Positions 28,276-38,450 are shown, counted from the first letter of the stretch. The stretch: DNA of 41,530 bases from Verrucomicrobiota bacterium (GCA_031423695.1 JANPGB010000120.1:1-41530); one strand, 5' to 3'. Notes: generated by a model not told the origin, from the letters alone. Translations and numbers: made by a program.

Positions 28276-29030
28276 GCCGCATGTTTTCAAAAGCCGAATT
28301 CCAAACTCCAAGACCGGCGCGCGCCCGTCACGTTTCACTGCCATTTGTTCTGGTTAACATGGCCATGACAGCCGATGGAAAAATCGCCACGACCAACCGC
28401 GCGGTTTCCAACTTCGGAAGCCAGCGCGATCACGATCACCTGCTGGAACTGCGCGCCACGGCGGACGCCGTCATGGCGGGTGCCCGCACGGTCGATTCGG
28501 CCAGGGTGAATCTCGGCCCCGGCCCCGACAAGTTTTGCCGGCAGCGAATCAAGCGTGGGCTGGCCGAATTCAATTTGCGGATCATCGTCAGCCGCTCCGG
28601 CACAGTCAATCCGGACGCCGAGATCTTCCGGCACGACTTTTCTCCGATCCTCATTCTGACCACGCGCCGCGCCAGCAAAGTCTGGCTGGGCAAACTCCGT
28701 ACTCTCGCGACGGAGGTGAAAATCTGCGGCACGAAAGAAATCAATTTTCCTCAGACCCTCCGCTGGCTGCGCAAAAAGTGGGGCGTGGATCGGCTGCTGT
28801 GCGAAGGCGGCGGTGAATTGAACGACGCCCTGTTTCGCGCCGGACTGGTGGACGAATTGCACCTGACGGTATGCCCGAAAATTTTCGGGGGACGCAACGC
28901 ACCCACCATTGCGGATGGCGTCGGGTTCAAAAAACTTGACGAGGCCGCCAAGCTGAAAATGAAATCCCTCAAGCATGTCGGCGACGAACTGTTTTTGGTT
29001 TGCGACGCGCGGAAGACATTTTCTGCTTGA
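28272..29030 (+). CDS. RibD C-terminal / dihydrofolate reductase-like protein
   Basis: AMTADGKI, DAVMAGARTV, LLCEGGGELN..L...LVDEL.LTV.P.IFGG. Confidence 0.88.
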   Translation: MSRMFSKAEFQTPRPARARHVSLPFVLVNMAMTADGKIATTNRAVSNFGSQRDHDHLLELRATADAVMAGARTVDSARVNLGPGPDKFCRQRIKRGLAEFNLRIIVSRSGTVNPDAEIFRHDFSPILILTTRRASKVWLGKLRTLATEVKICGTKEINFPQTLRWLRKKWGVDRLLCEGGGELNDALFRAGLVDELHLTVCPKIFGGRNAPTIADGVGFKKLDEAAKLKMKSLKHVGDELFLVCDARKTFSA

Positions 29031-29061
29031 ACCGGCTGCCGCGCGGCCGCAAACAACACCG

Positions 29062-30015
29062 ATGCTGATCAGACCCAAACATCTCGAAGCCGGCGACACC
29101 ATCGGCCTCATCGCGCCAGCCAGCGCACCGCCCGATCCGAAAACGGTGGACCGCTCGGTCGCGGTCCTCGAGCACCTCGGATTCAAGGTGCGGCTCGCGC
29201 CCAATGTTCGCCGGCGCCACGGCTATCTGGCGGGCAGCGACCGCGACCGCGCCGGCGACTTGATGCAAATGTTCTCCGATCGCAGGGTGAACGCCATTCT
29301 TTGCCTGCGCGGCGGCTACGGCTCCGCACGTTTGTTGTCGCTGCTGGACTATCGCGCCATCCGGCAGCATCCGAAAATTTTTGTCGGCTACAGCGACATC
29401 ACTTCGCTGCACTGCGTTTTTTTGGTGAAGGCCGGGTTGATCACGTTCCACGGCCCGATGCTGAATTCCGATTTCGTCAGGCAGGACATGCCGCCCTTCA
29501 CGCTGAACAGTTTTCTGCGCACGTTGACCCGGCCGGTTGCTCCCGGCTCGATCTCGCTAGGCTACCGCCGGAAGTCCGTAAAAATCCTCCGTCGCGGAAT
29601 GGCGCACGGTCCGCTGCTGGGCGGAAACCTGTCAGTCCTGTGCACCACGCTCGGCACACCCTGGCAGCCATCGTTCAAGAAACGGATTCTCTTCCTCGAG
29701 GACGTCGGCGAACAGCCGTACCGCTTTGATCGCATGCTGACTCACCTGTTGAATTGCGGATTGCTGCAAGAGTTGGCTGGCATCGCCATCGGCATCAACG
29801 CCGATTGTGAAGATCCCAAAGCCAGCAGTGCCGGGGAATATCGGCAGACCCTGGCGGACGTAATTAAGGAAAGATTGCTGCCGCTGAAAATCCCGGTGGT
29901 CATCGGGTTGCCCTTCGGCCATGTGCCGCACAACGCCACGCTGCCGGTGGGTGCCGAAGCGGTTTTGGATGCAGAAAAAGGGGACTTACTTTTTTCCGAC
30001 CCGGCGGTGAGTTGA
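29062..30015 (+). CDS. ldcA: S66 family LD-carboxypeptidase (muramoyltetrapeptide carboxypeptidase-like)
   Basis: RGGYGS, GYSDIT (Ser), GGNLS, LEDVGE (Glu), PFGH (His). Confidence 0.88.
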   Translation: MLIRPKHLEAGDTIGLIAPASAPPDPKTVDRSVAVLEHLGFKVRLAPNVRRRHGYLAGSDRDRAGDLMQMFSDRRVNAILCLRGGYGSARLLSLLDYRAIRQHPKIFVGYSDITSLHCVFLVKAGLITFHGPMLNSDFVRQDMPPFTLNSFLRTLTRPVAPGSISLGYRRKSVKILRRGMAHGPLLGGNLSVLCTTLGTPWQPSFKKRILFLEDVGEQPYRFDRMLTHLLNCGLLQELAGIAIGINADCEDPKASSAGEYRQTLADVIKERLLPLKIPVVIGLPFGHVPHNATLPVGAEAVLDAEKGDLLFSDPAVS

Positions 30016-30537
30016 AGTCTCTGTCCACCGCGCCATCAGCCAGAGCAGATCGGCGAGGCGGTTGAGATAGACGATGATTTCAGGGTTGTGCAACTCGCCG
30101 GTTTCCTGCAAGGCACAGACGCGCCGCTCCGCCCGGCGACAAACAGTGCGCGCCACGTCCAACGCCGCCGAGTTCACATTGGCTCCCGGCGTGGCCCAGC
30201 CTTTAAAGGAAATTTTCCGAGCTTCAAGCTGGCGGACCAGCGCGTCCAGCTTTGCGGTCATGGCGGGCGTGACCAGCGAGTAACCGCCCTTGAGGTAACG
30301 CGGCAAATCCTCCTCCGCGACGCCGATTTCGCCCATAAGAATCACCAACTCCTTTTGGATGAGGAAAAGATGTTCGCGCAGCAATTTTCGCTTGGACGTC
30401 GCACGGGCGAGGCCGATGGCGGCGTTCAATTCATCCACCGTGCCGCACGCTTCCACGCGCGGACTACACTTGGAAACCCGCCGGCCAAACATCAAGCCGG
30501 TCGCACCTTGGTCTCCCGTTTTTGTAACAATGCTCAC
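29986..30537 (-). CDS. PduO-type cob(I)alamin adenosyltransferase
   Basis: SIVTKTGD.G.T.L, GTVDELNA.IG, ARTVCRRAERR, YLNRL.DLLW. Confidence 0.92.
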   Translation of the reverse strand: MSIVTKTGDQGATGLMFGRRVSKCSPRVEACGTVDELNAAIGLARATSKRKLLREHLFLIQKELVILMGEIGVAEEDLPRYLKGGYSLVTPAMTAKLDALVRQLEARKISFKGWATPGANVNSAALDVARTVCRRAERRVCALQETGELHNPEIIVYLNRLADLLWLMARWTETSTHRRVGKK

Positions 30538-30584
30538 GCACGTAAATTAATTAGGTGCCGAGGTCTTGGCGAGTATTGAGTGCG

Positions 30585-30714
30585 GTAGAGCTTGTCGCGC
30601 TGCGACAAGTAGCGCTGCGCACAGCGGTGCAAAGAACTAACGGAAACGCGGACTATTCCAAGTATTCCGGCCCTGAACGGGCCGGTTGGTCGGCGCAAGC
30701 GCGCCGACCTCTGC
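30585..30714. repeat. Inverted pair of REP-like hairpins between rnhB and pduO
   Basis: gtagag-cttgtcgc-gct-gcgacaag (30585-30609) and ggtcggcgc-aagc-gcgccgacc-tctgc (30688-30714). Confidence 0.6.
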
Positions 30715-30735
30715 CTTCTGCCGCCCCCCCCACGC

Positions 30736-31389
30736 TCAAAAAAGTTCCCGCTCCTTCGTCCGGATCGGCGCGAAGCTGCGGCGGTGGATCGGGCACGCGC
30801 CGAACTTTTTGATCGCCGCGAGATGTTGCGGCGTGCCGTAACCCTTGTGCTCCGCAAAACCATAGCCTGGAAACTGCGCATGAAACTCCACCAGCATCCG
30901 GTCGCGCGTTACCTTGGCCAGCACGCTCGCGGCGGCGATGGAATAACTTTTGGCGTCCCCCTTCACTAGCGCAGTTTGCGGAAAGCGCATCGTCTTCACG
31001 GCCCGGCCGTCCACGAGGACGTGCTGCGGCGGCGGCGTCAACTGTTCGAGTGCCTCGTTCATCGCGCGATGCGTGGCCTGCAAAATGTTGATGCGATCAA
31101 TCGTCTCCGCATCCACGACAGCGATGGCGAAACGGATTTCGGGATGCGCGGTGAGGATGGCAAAATAGTTTTCGCGCTGCGTTTCGGTGAGTTGCTTGGA
31201 GTCGTTGAGATCACGCAACCGCTCATCCATGCTCGTGTCCAACCAGTGCGACGGCAACACGACCGCCGCCGCCACGACCGGCCCGGCGAGCGGACCGCGC
31301 CCGGCTTCGTCCACGCCGGCGACGTGCGCGAGATTTTGCCGCCACAGTCCGCGCTCGAAGATCAGGCGGTCGAAGAGCTTTGCAGTCAT
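30736..31389 (-). CDS. rnhB: Ribonuclease HII
   Basis: AGVDEAGRGPLAGPVVAAAV, DSK.L, LVDG, KGD..S.SIAAASVLAKV.RD, HKGYGT, HRRSF; start 31389 (the upstream ORF extension overlaps the neighbouring gene). Confidence 0.96.
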   Translation of the reverse strand: MTAKLFDRLIFERGLWRQNLAHVAGVDEAGRGPLAGPVVAAAVVLPSHWLDTSMDERLRDLNDSKQLTETQRENYFAILTAHPEIRFAIAVVDAETIDRINILQATHRAMNEALEQLTPPPQHVLVDGRAVKTMRFPQTALVKGDAKSYSIAAASVLAKVTRDRMLVEFHAQFPGYGFAEHKGYGTPQHLAAIKKFGACPIHRRSFAPIRTKERELF

Positions 31390-31399
31390 AAAGACCCTC

Positions 31400-31870
31400 T
31401 TAAGGCGCCCGTTCAAATACAAAACGGTCTCCGCCTTCTTCGCCGATGTAAAAGAACAGTTCAATTTTTTTACCGTTACTTTGAACTTTAAGAGGGCTTG
31501 CGCCACAATAGAGCTTCTGTCAATCAACTTCGGTGAAGTTTAATTTTATTTGAGTTTCAAGCCATTCTGTGGAGGCAAGCCACTGTCCTTTTCCAATCAT
31601 GACCTGACCTGAACATTGATCAAAGGTTTTCATCAGATAATCCGGAACAGTTCCAATAAACGAATTATCTCCCTGCAAAACAATTTGGCAGAAATTTGTC
31701 GCCTTGAGAAACGCGAGGGAGGCCTTATCTGGAATCCATGTGCCTTGCAGGCCAGAACTCGATACAGACTTATTGCATCCCGCCAACAGAAGACCACAAA
31801 TCAGTAGGCAGTAAAGCCAAGCACAACGGCGAAGCGGAAAGCTTAGCTGAAGAATTATTGTGATAACCAT
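31400..31870 (-). pseudogene. Low-GC lipoprotein gene interrupted by one in-frame TGA
   Basis: Lipobox LLLAGC, then GTW; TGA at 31520-31522; frame continues QKLYCGASPLKVQSNGKKIELFFYIGEEGGDRFVFERAP to TAA at 31400. Confidence 0.65.
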
Positions 31871-31948
31871 AGGTGCAATTTTTCGTGAGCCTACCGCCTT
31901 TCCAAAAACTTGTCGCCAGATTTTTGCCGACGTCACTCCGCTCTGAAA

Positions 31949-31981
31949 AATCCGTGTGCATCCACGCCCATCCGTGGTTAA
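31949..31981. repeat. Short 10-bp-period tandem repeat (atccgtg-type)
   Basis: atccgtgtgc-atccacgccc-atccgtggtt. Confidence 0.5.
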
Positions 31982-31990
31982 ATTTCCCCC

Positions 31991-32521
31991 ATGAAAACTG
32001 AAGCGTTGCACGTCGGCATGAAAGTCCGCCACCCGCAATACGGCGTGGGCGTGGTTAAAACCATTTCAGAAATCACGGCGGACATTTTGTTCGATGACGG
32101 CCGCCGCACCATCTCCCCGGAAGCCGCCGGGGTGGAGGCCGCCGAGCCGCAGCTCAACGTAAGCGGCCTGAGCGTGCCGTTGAAACAATTCGTGGAGCAG
32201 ACGCTCACCGCCGCGGTTCAGAAGCTGGGATTGGAAAAGCCGGACTCCGTGGTCGAACAACTCGGCCTCCGCTGGCATCACGGCAAAGTGGTCATGCATC
32301 CCGCCGATCCGACGTTGCAGACCAAGGAGGTGCCGCTGGAAACTTTTTTCCACAAGGTCGTGATGGTCCGCAACAATCTGCGCGTGCTGGAGCAGAAGAT
32401 CAACGCGCACGAAAAGCTCACCGACGGCGAGAAGGTGGAGATGCAGCAATACATCACGAAGAGTTACGGTTCGCTGACGACGTTCAACGTGCTGTTCAAG
32501 GAAAAGGAAGATCAGTTCTGA
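31991..32521 (+). CDS. Conserved hypothetical protein (N-terminal SH3-like beta domain, C-terminal helical domain)
   Basis: GMKVRHPQYGVGVV; KEVPLETFFHKVVMVRNNLRVLEQKIN..QQYIT..YGSLTTFNVLF; typical codon usage. Confidence 0.85.
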   Translation: MKTEALHVGMKVRHPQYGVGVVKTISEITADILFDDGRRTISPEAAGVEAAEPQLNVSGLSVPLKQFVEQTLTAAVQKLGLEKPDSVVEQLGLRWHHGKVVMHPADPTLQTKEVPLETFFHKVVMVRNNLRVLEQKINAHEKLTDGEKVEMQQYITKSYGSLTTFNVLFKEKEDQF

Positions 32522-32614
32522 GGCAACGCTGCCGGATGAAAGTGGATAGTTGAGGGCTACCCCATTCGGCCGGCATGCATCAGCAGACCCGTGTCGCCAA
32601 ACTGGCTGACCGGT

Positions 32615-35600
32615 TCATTGTTCCCCGGGCGTTCCCAATCCACCCCGCATGACCTGAAAGGCATCCTTGCCGCCGCGCGCGGAGACCACATTTTTACCGT
32701 TGGTCCAGCCGGTGAGCAGCGAGGACGCTTCCATTAATTTGCCCTCAAATTCCTGCACCTGGCGGCGGGCTTCGGCGGCGGATTGCCGGGCTTCGTCGCG
32801 TTCGCGCTCGGTGTTGGCCAACAGCGCCTCGACCGGCTGAAAGTTGACGCGCAGCGTCTGCAACTCCAGCTCGCGTTTCTGCGCGGCAAGTTGATGGGCC
32901 TCTCCCTGCGCGGTCAGTTGGGCGAGCAACTCCTGTTCGCGCTGCCTGGCCTTGGCTTGGGCAGCCTCGTCTTTCTGCTGCATTTCCTTGCGCAGTTGGG
33001 TTTCCAATTCCCGGAGCGCACGCTGCCCGGCGTCGGCGGTTTCCACCTCGCGGCGGCGAAGGGCCTGCTCGGTCTCAACCTGGGACGCGGCCCGAAGGTC
33101 GTCCACTTTCAACTGCCAGTGCTGGTCGCGCTGGCGCACTTTGGCTTGGAACAACTCTTCCTGCTGCTGCAATTCAGCCGTCCAGCGGGATTCGGCGGCG
33201 CGCGCCGTCGCCCCGGCGTCCCGCTCCCACTCCTGCTGCTGGGCTTTCAAATCCTGACTCCACTTCACCTGCAACTCGGCCTGGCGCGCCTCGAACTGCG
33301 CCTGAAGCTGCTGCTCGCGCTGACGGAGTTTGCTTTGGAAAAGCTCCTCCTTCTTTTGCGCCTCGTGACCCAGACGGGTTTCGGTGGCGCGAACGCTCGC
33401 CTCGGCCTGGCCTGCCAATTCCTCCTCGCGGGCGCGCAAATCAGCAGTCAACTGATCCTGCAAATCGGTCTCCCGGGCCTCGGCCCGCGCGGTCAATTCC
33501 TGTTCGCGCTGTTTGAGCCTGGCCTGAAAGTTCAGCTCCTTCTGCTGCAATTCCTGTTTCAAGCGCGTGTCGGCCTCGCGCACTTGGGCATCGAGCTGGC
33601 GTTCCAATTCCGACTCCCGACGGCGGAGTTCCTGTTCCGCCTGCGTCTTAAGATCGCTTAAACGGACCTCCGCCTGCGCCTGCAGTTGTTGCTCCCTCTG
33701 TTTCAAACGGACGAGCGCGGCGTCTTCCCGTTGTTGCACTTCCTGGTTCCAGCGGGCTTCCAATTCGCGGGCACGGGCCTCCAACTGACGATCCTGTTCC
33801 TCCTCGCGGCGACGGGAATCCTTCTCCATGCGGGCCTGTTCCTCCGTCAGGCGGGTTTCAAATTCGAGGGACAACTCGTGTTCGCGCTGCTTCAATTGAT
33901 GCTCAAAATCCTCCTCGCGCTGGCGCAGCGTCTTGCCAAACTCCAATTGCTGCCGCTCGAAACGGTGTTTCTCCTGACGCGCCGCCTTCTCAATTTCACG
34001 GGCGGCGTCCTCCTTGGTTTGCGAGAGCTTGAGCGACAGGACATCGGTCTGCTGTTGCAGTTGGGCCACCGCGACATCGCGGGCGGCCAAGGCCGCTTTC
34101 AGGTCCTGGCCCAGCTTGGCCGAAGTTTCCACGGCGGCCAGTTCGGCATCGGCCAGTTGACGGCGGATCTGGATCACCTGGGTTTTGCAATCTTCCGACA
34201 CCGCCAGCAATTTCTGGTGCTGTTCCTGGAGCAGGGTCGCACGATCAGATTCGTTGGCGGTGCGCTGGTCGTCCAACTCCTGCCGCAATCGGTTCAGGCG
34301 GTCCGCCCAGGCGTTTTGTCGCAGTTGCACCTGGCGTTCAATCTCCGTCTTTTGAAAATCCTGCAAGGCGTCCTTCTCGACCACGGCACGGTTGAGGGAC
34401 TCCGCCAGACCGGTGAACTTGGCGACCCACTCGACTTCCTGCTTCTTTAAATGGTGCTCGTGCGCGGCGGCGGCAGCGGTGCTAGCCTCGTGCGCGGCTT
34501 GCAGTTCAACTTCCTTGGCAGCCAGTGCCTTTTCCGCGTTTGCGTGCGCGGCGCCCAGCGCGGCGTCGCGGGCGGCGATCTCAGTGGCGGCCTCGCGGGC
34601 CAGCCGTTCGGCGCGCAAAATCTTTTGGCGCCCCGCGCGTTTGTAGAGCCAGTGCAGGCGGCGACCGAACAAGCCGAGACGATGCGGGGGACGGTGTTCC
34701 TCACGGTGAAACAGGGTGGAGAAACCGATCTCCACCATCAAGGTCGGCAGGAAAGCAACGATGAAGGCCAGCACCGGATAAACCCAGATGCGCACCATGC
34801 TGATTTGGTCGGTGAGGATATCGCCGCGTTCCTTGGCCGTCGCCTTGATGGACATGGGGCGCTCGCCCTTAAGCAGTCCGCGCACGATTTCCACGGTGGT
34901 GGCGATGCGGTGGACCTGCGTGTTCCGGATGGCCCCCTCCCGCGCCTCGTAAAAGCTTTCGGCTTTTTTGCGGGCGGCATCCACTTCCGCGCGGATTCCG
35001 TCCACCTTCTGAACGGCCGCCGCCAATTCCAGATCCAGCTGTTTCTCTTCGACCGCCAACGCGGCGGTGAGCGCGGCGTAAGCCACGGACAATTCTTCCC
35101 GCTTGCGGTCGGTTTCCGCACGCTTGGTGCCGGAGCGACGGTCAAATTCCTCGCGCAGTTGGCGGGCGTCGGCGTCCACCTGGGCCACGCGGTCACGGCG
35201 CTTGGTGTTGACCGCCGACAATTCGGCTTCCTTGGCTTTGATTTGAGCGTCGATCTCCCCGACCAAGGTTGGCTTGAGAATCGTGTTGGACTCGCGCTCG
35301 GGCGGAACTCCGGGATTCACCGGTTCTTTCATCAACTGGCGCTTGAGGAAGTTGGCGCCGTTGTAATCCGCCAGGTCTTTTTCATAAGCCGCCTTCTTGT
35401 TGGTGTAATCAAACATCTTCGCCTTGTAGGCGTTTTCGATGCGGGCCTCCTCGGCGTTCCATTTGGTGGCCCGGCCCAACTCGATTTCGCGGCTGGCGCG
35501 CAGTTCGGAAATGGATTTCGTGAGCTGGGCGGTATCCGCATTGAACTGCTGGATGATGGTGGACTGGCGGGAATCCACCTCGGACAATTCTTTCTTCTGA

Positions 35601-36223
35601 TAGTCCGTCAGGGAAATGGCATCCTGGCGGACATCCATGTTGCGCTTGAGCAAATCGTCCAGCTCGGCTTTGGCCTTACTCTTCTTGGCGGCGAACTCGG
35701 CGAGCTTGTTTTCGCGGTCCGCTTTCTTCTGCTCGATGGCCGTCAACTCGCCATTGAGTTGGGCAATTTTAATTTCCTCGGTGGACGCCTGCTCCAACAG
35801 TTGACTGGCCGGGGTCATGGCAATGCCCATCTCGTATACCGCCATGTCCTTGACCAGTTGGAAAGTCAGCACACAAATCAGCGGCAGCCCCATGCATAAC
35901 ATCGCCCCTTTCAACCAGCCGCTGCGGGACGCCGTCCAAATGGCGAGGGGCAGCTTCAGCAACTCAACCGCTAAAATAGTCGCGCCAATCGGGCCAATGC
36001 CAAAAAACGTGACCCCCATGCCTTGGGGTAGACAGACGGTTTGCTGGTATTTCCACCCGGTCGCCAGAATGACGAATTCGACCACCGTCGCCATGATGAG
36101 CAGCGGGAGAGTCAGGTAGGAGATGCGCTGGCTTTTCAAACGCTGCCACGGGGATTCCCCCCGACCCGGAGGAAGCGCGGACTGGGCAGAAGCAGGCGAG
36201 TGTGCGGAGTTGAAATCTTTCAT
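32615..36223 (-). CDS. Large membrane-anchored coiled-coil protein with 63-aa tandem repeats (alternative start 36289)
   Basis: About 3 N-terminal hydrophobic segments, ~350-aa coiled coil, TM (IWVYPVLAFIVAFLPTLMV), then ~650-aa E/Q/R/A-rich helical region. Confidence 0.85.
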   Translation of the reverse strand: MKDFNSAHSPASAQSALPPGRGESPWQRLKSQRISYLTLPLLIMATVVEFVILATGWKYQQTVCLPQGMGVTFFGIGPIGATILAVELLKLPLAIWTASRSGWLKGAMLCMGLPLICVLTFQLVKDMAVYEMGIAMTPASQLLEQASTEEIKIAQLNGELTAIEQKKADRENKLAEFAAKKSKAKAELDDLLKRNMDVRQDAISLTDYQKKELSEVDSRQSTIIQQFNADTAQLTKSISELRASREIELGRATKWNAEEARIENAYKAKMFDYTNKKAAYEKDLADYNGANFLKRQLMKEPVNPGVPPERESNTILKPTLVGEIDAQIKAKEAELSAVNTKRRDRVAQVDADARQLREEFDRRSGTKRAETDRKREELSVAYAALTAALAVEEKQLDLELAAAVQKVDGIRAEVDAARKKAESFYEAREGAIRNTQVHRIATTVEIVRGLLKGERPMSIKATAKERGDILTDQISMVRIWVYPVLAFIVAFLPTLMVEIGFSTLFHREEHRPPHRLGLFGRRLHWLYKRAGRQKILRAERLAREAATEIAARDAALGAAHANAEKALAAKEVELQAAHEASTAAAAAHEHHLKKQEVEWVAKFTGLAESLNRAVVEKDALQDFQKTEIERQVQLRQNAWADRLNRLRQELDDQRTANESDRATLLQEQHQKLLAVSEDCKTQVIQIRRQLADAELAAVETSAKLGQDLKAALAARDVAVAQLQQQTDVLSLKLSQTKEDAAREIEKAARQEKHRFERQQLEFGKTLRQREEDFEHQLKQREHELSLEFETRLTEEQARMEKDSRRREEEQDRQLEARARELEARWNQEVQQREDAALVRLKQREQQLQAQAEVRLSDLKTQAEQELRRRESELERQLDAQVREADTRLKQELQQKELNFQARLKQREQELTARAEARETDLQDQLTADLRAREEELAGQAEASVRATETRLGHEAQKKEELFQSKLRQREQQLQAQFEARQAELQVKWSQDLKAQQQEWERDAGATARAAESRWTAELQQQEELFQAKVRQRDQHWQLKVDDLRAASQVETEQALRRREVETADAGQRALRELETQLRKEMQQKDEAAQAKARQREQELLAQLTAQGEAHQLAAQKRELELQTLRVNFQPVEALLANTERERDEARQSAAEARRQVQEFEGKLMEASSLLTGWTNGKNVVSARGGKDAFQVMRGGLGTPGEQ

Positions 36224-36719
36224 AAATGAGCTTAGGGAAAAAAGTCGCTTACGCGTGAGCCACAGGCGGCAAGTGGTGGTGAGCTGCATCGCCTGCGAGC
36301 AAGACGCTTGGAAACGAAGCCACGCGTTGTTTGAAAAATGGACGCGCTGACGCGGGTGTCCTTGGCCGTTTCAATCTGTTTATCACGGGTCGAGCAGCGC
36401 AGCTTGTGTGCCAGTGTGGCGATACTGCGCAAAACTTGACCTGTGACGGTGATTTCCCATGAGCTGTGGGAGTTGGGGGGCGAATAAAACCACACCGGGG
36501 CCTTAAAGTTTACCGGAGTATGCGGTTGGCAGGCTTATTTGAGTCGGACTCTGAGGGCCAGATTGAGACAGGCGGTGTCAAAATTCCTGCCGTTTGAATT
36601 CAACGCCGGGCTTTGCTGCTGGCGGTGCGTCCGGTCCTCGTCGAACACCCCACGTGCGCAGGGTCGGGCTGTTCGACGAGGTAGCCCGAGGGGAAATCAT
36701 GCGTCACGCCGATGGCTTC

Positions 36720-37005
36720 CTCCGCGAGCCGGCCCCATGCCGACCTAGTCTGGATGCAACCCGTTGAGCAGCGCGGCGCGCGTGGGCGAACCGTGGGCGG
36801 TGTTGTAAAACCGCGTAAACCGAAGTCCACTTGCTACGAGCGCGATGAGATTCGGCATGGGAATCTCTGAGCCAAAGCAGCCGAGGTCAGAATAGCCCAT
36901 GTCGTCGACCAGGATGGGGACGATGTTGGGCTTCCGTTAATCCGCAGCAACGGCGGTGGAACCGAACGCGGCTCGAGCCAGGAATATTGTGAACAAGATT
37001 TTCAT
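36720..37005 (-). pseudogene. Arylsulfatase N-terminal pseudogene
   Basis: [59 protein letters not shown]..D*VGMG; stops at 36937 and 36745; catalytic Cys position is Gly. Confidence 0.85.
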
Positions 37006-38450
37006 GGTTGAGCTTTGGCCTTCGGATTCTTGCGGGCTTTCCCTTCCGCAGTCGGATTGGGATTGAGCGTCGGCATTTTGCCGCCGACGCTGGCGCGCCA
37101 GTCGTGCAGCTTCTGCAGCAGCGCCTGGGCTTTCGCCGGATTCTTCGTGGCGAGGTTGTTGGTTTCGCTGAGATCATCGCGGAGGTTGTAGAGTTCGATG
37201 CTGTTGTCCTCATACCATTCGATGAGTTTCCAATCGCCGTCGCGCACGGCGCCGCCAGGCAACCCGCCTTGATCGCTGTAGTGCGGGTAATGCCAGAAAA
37301 TCGGCCCGCGCACCAGTTCGCCGCCCTTCAGTAACGGCAACAGACTGACGCCGTCCACGTGCTGCTGCGGCATCAACGGCAGGCCGGCCAGCTCCAGAAT
37401 CGTCGGATAAAAATCCGTGCTGATCACTGGCTGATCGCACACGCTGCCGGCCTTGGTGACGCCCGGCGCATAAATAATCAGCGGCTCGCGCACGCCGCCG
37501 TCGTAGAGCCAGCCTTTGCCGCCGCGCAGCGGCAGATTGGAAGTGACAAAACCCTGCGCCGTGGACAACCCGCCGTTGTCGGACATGAAAATGACAATGG
37601 TGCGACCGGCGATGCCCGTGCGGTCGAGCGCCGCCAGCACGCGGCCAATGGCGGTATCCAATTGTTCCGTCATCGCGGCGTAAGCGACGTTGTTCTGGAC
37701 CAACTGCACCTTGCGATCATGCTCCGTTCCGAACGCTTCCGGCGGCGCGCTGTTTTTCTTGGCAGTGTATTTAGCCATCAGTTCCGACCGCGCGCCGATG
37801 GGGATATGCACGGCATTGAACGGCAGGTAGGCGAAGAACGGCTTGTCCCTGTTCGTCTCAATGAATTTCACCGCGTCATCGGCGATGCGGTCGGTGAACT
37901 TGGGATCATCCTTCGGCTTCGGATCAGTCGCGCCGCCGGCGGGGAAATACCAGGAAGCCACTTCCATGAGATCGGCCGAGAAGCCCTGGGCCGAAGGGGA
38001 AAACTCGCCTTTGCCCAGATGCCATTTGCCCGCGAAGAAATTCGTGTAGCCCGCAGCGCGCAACGCCTCGGCGATGGTGACTTCATCCAGGGCAAGCTGG
38101 TTGCCATTCAGCGCAGGGAGGAGTTTGCGGTTGTTGTGCTCTCCGCCGGGAATGTAAGTGGTGATGCCCGTGCGCGGCGGATACTTGCCGGTCATGATGC
38201 TCGCCCGCGTGGGCGAACAGACGTTGCACGCAGCGTAGCCTGACGTGAAGCGGACGCCCCGGGCCGCGAGCGCGTCAATGTTCGGCGTCTCGTAAAACGT
38301 CTTGGGATTGTTTGCGCCGATGTCCATGTAGCCCATGTCGTCCGCAAGCATAAAGATGATGTTGGGCTTGGTCGGCGCGGCGGCGGTCGGGAGCGCGGCC
38401 AATGGCGTCAGCAGGACGGCGCCAAGCGCGATTAGAAATGTTCGTTTCAT
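37002..38450 (-). CDS. Secreted Cys-type (S1) sulfatase
   Basis: Signal peptide; KPNII..ADDMG; CSPTRAS; GKWHLG; SDNGG; GGK..LYDGGVR.P. Confidence 0.95.
   Translation of the reverse strand: MKRTFLIALGAVLLTPLAALPTAAAPTKPNIIFMLADDMGYMDIGANNPKTFYETPNIDALAARGVRFTSGYAACNVCSPTRASIMTGKYPPRTGITTYIPGGEHNNRKLLPALNGNQLALDEVTIAEALRAAGYTNFFAGKWHLGKGEFSPSAQGFSADLMEVASWYFPAGGATDPKPKDDPKFTDRIADDAVKFIETNRDKPFFAYLPFNAVHIPIGARSELMAKYTAKKNSAPPEAFGTEHDRKVQLVQNNVAYAAMTEQLDTAIGRVLAALDRTGIAGRTIVIFMSDNGGLSTAQGFVTSNLPLRGGKGWLYDGGVREPLIIYAPGVTKAGSVCDQPVISTDFYPTILELAGLPLMPQQHVDGVSLLPLLKGGELVRGPIFWHYPHYSDQGGLPGGAVRDGDWKLIEWYEDNSIELYNLRDDLSETNNLATKNPAKAQALLQKLHDWRASVGGKMPTLNPNPTAEGKARKNPKAKAQP

Noticed and set aside
30534-30735. 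Another relay ORF from rnhB to pduO, possibly switched by the 8-G tract
   Set aside because: The open frame ends in a GTGA overlap with pduO, but the nearest GTG start is out of frame by one base; needs slippage for which there is no evidence
31520-31522. Selenocysteine recoding or alternative genetic code
   Set aside because: No redox motif or evident SECIS; TGA is the normal stop for many genes in this window
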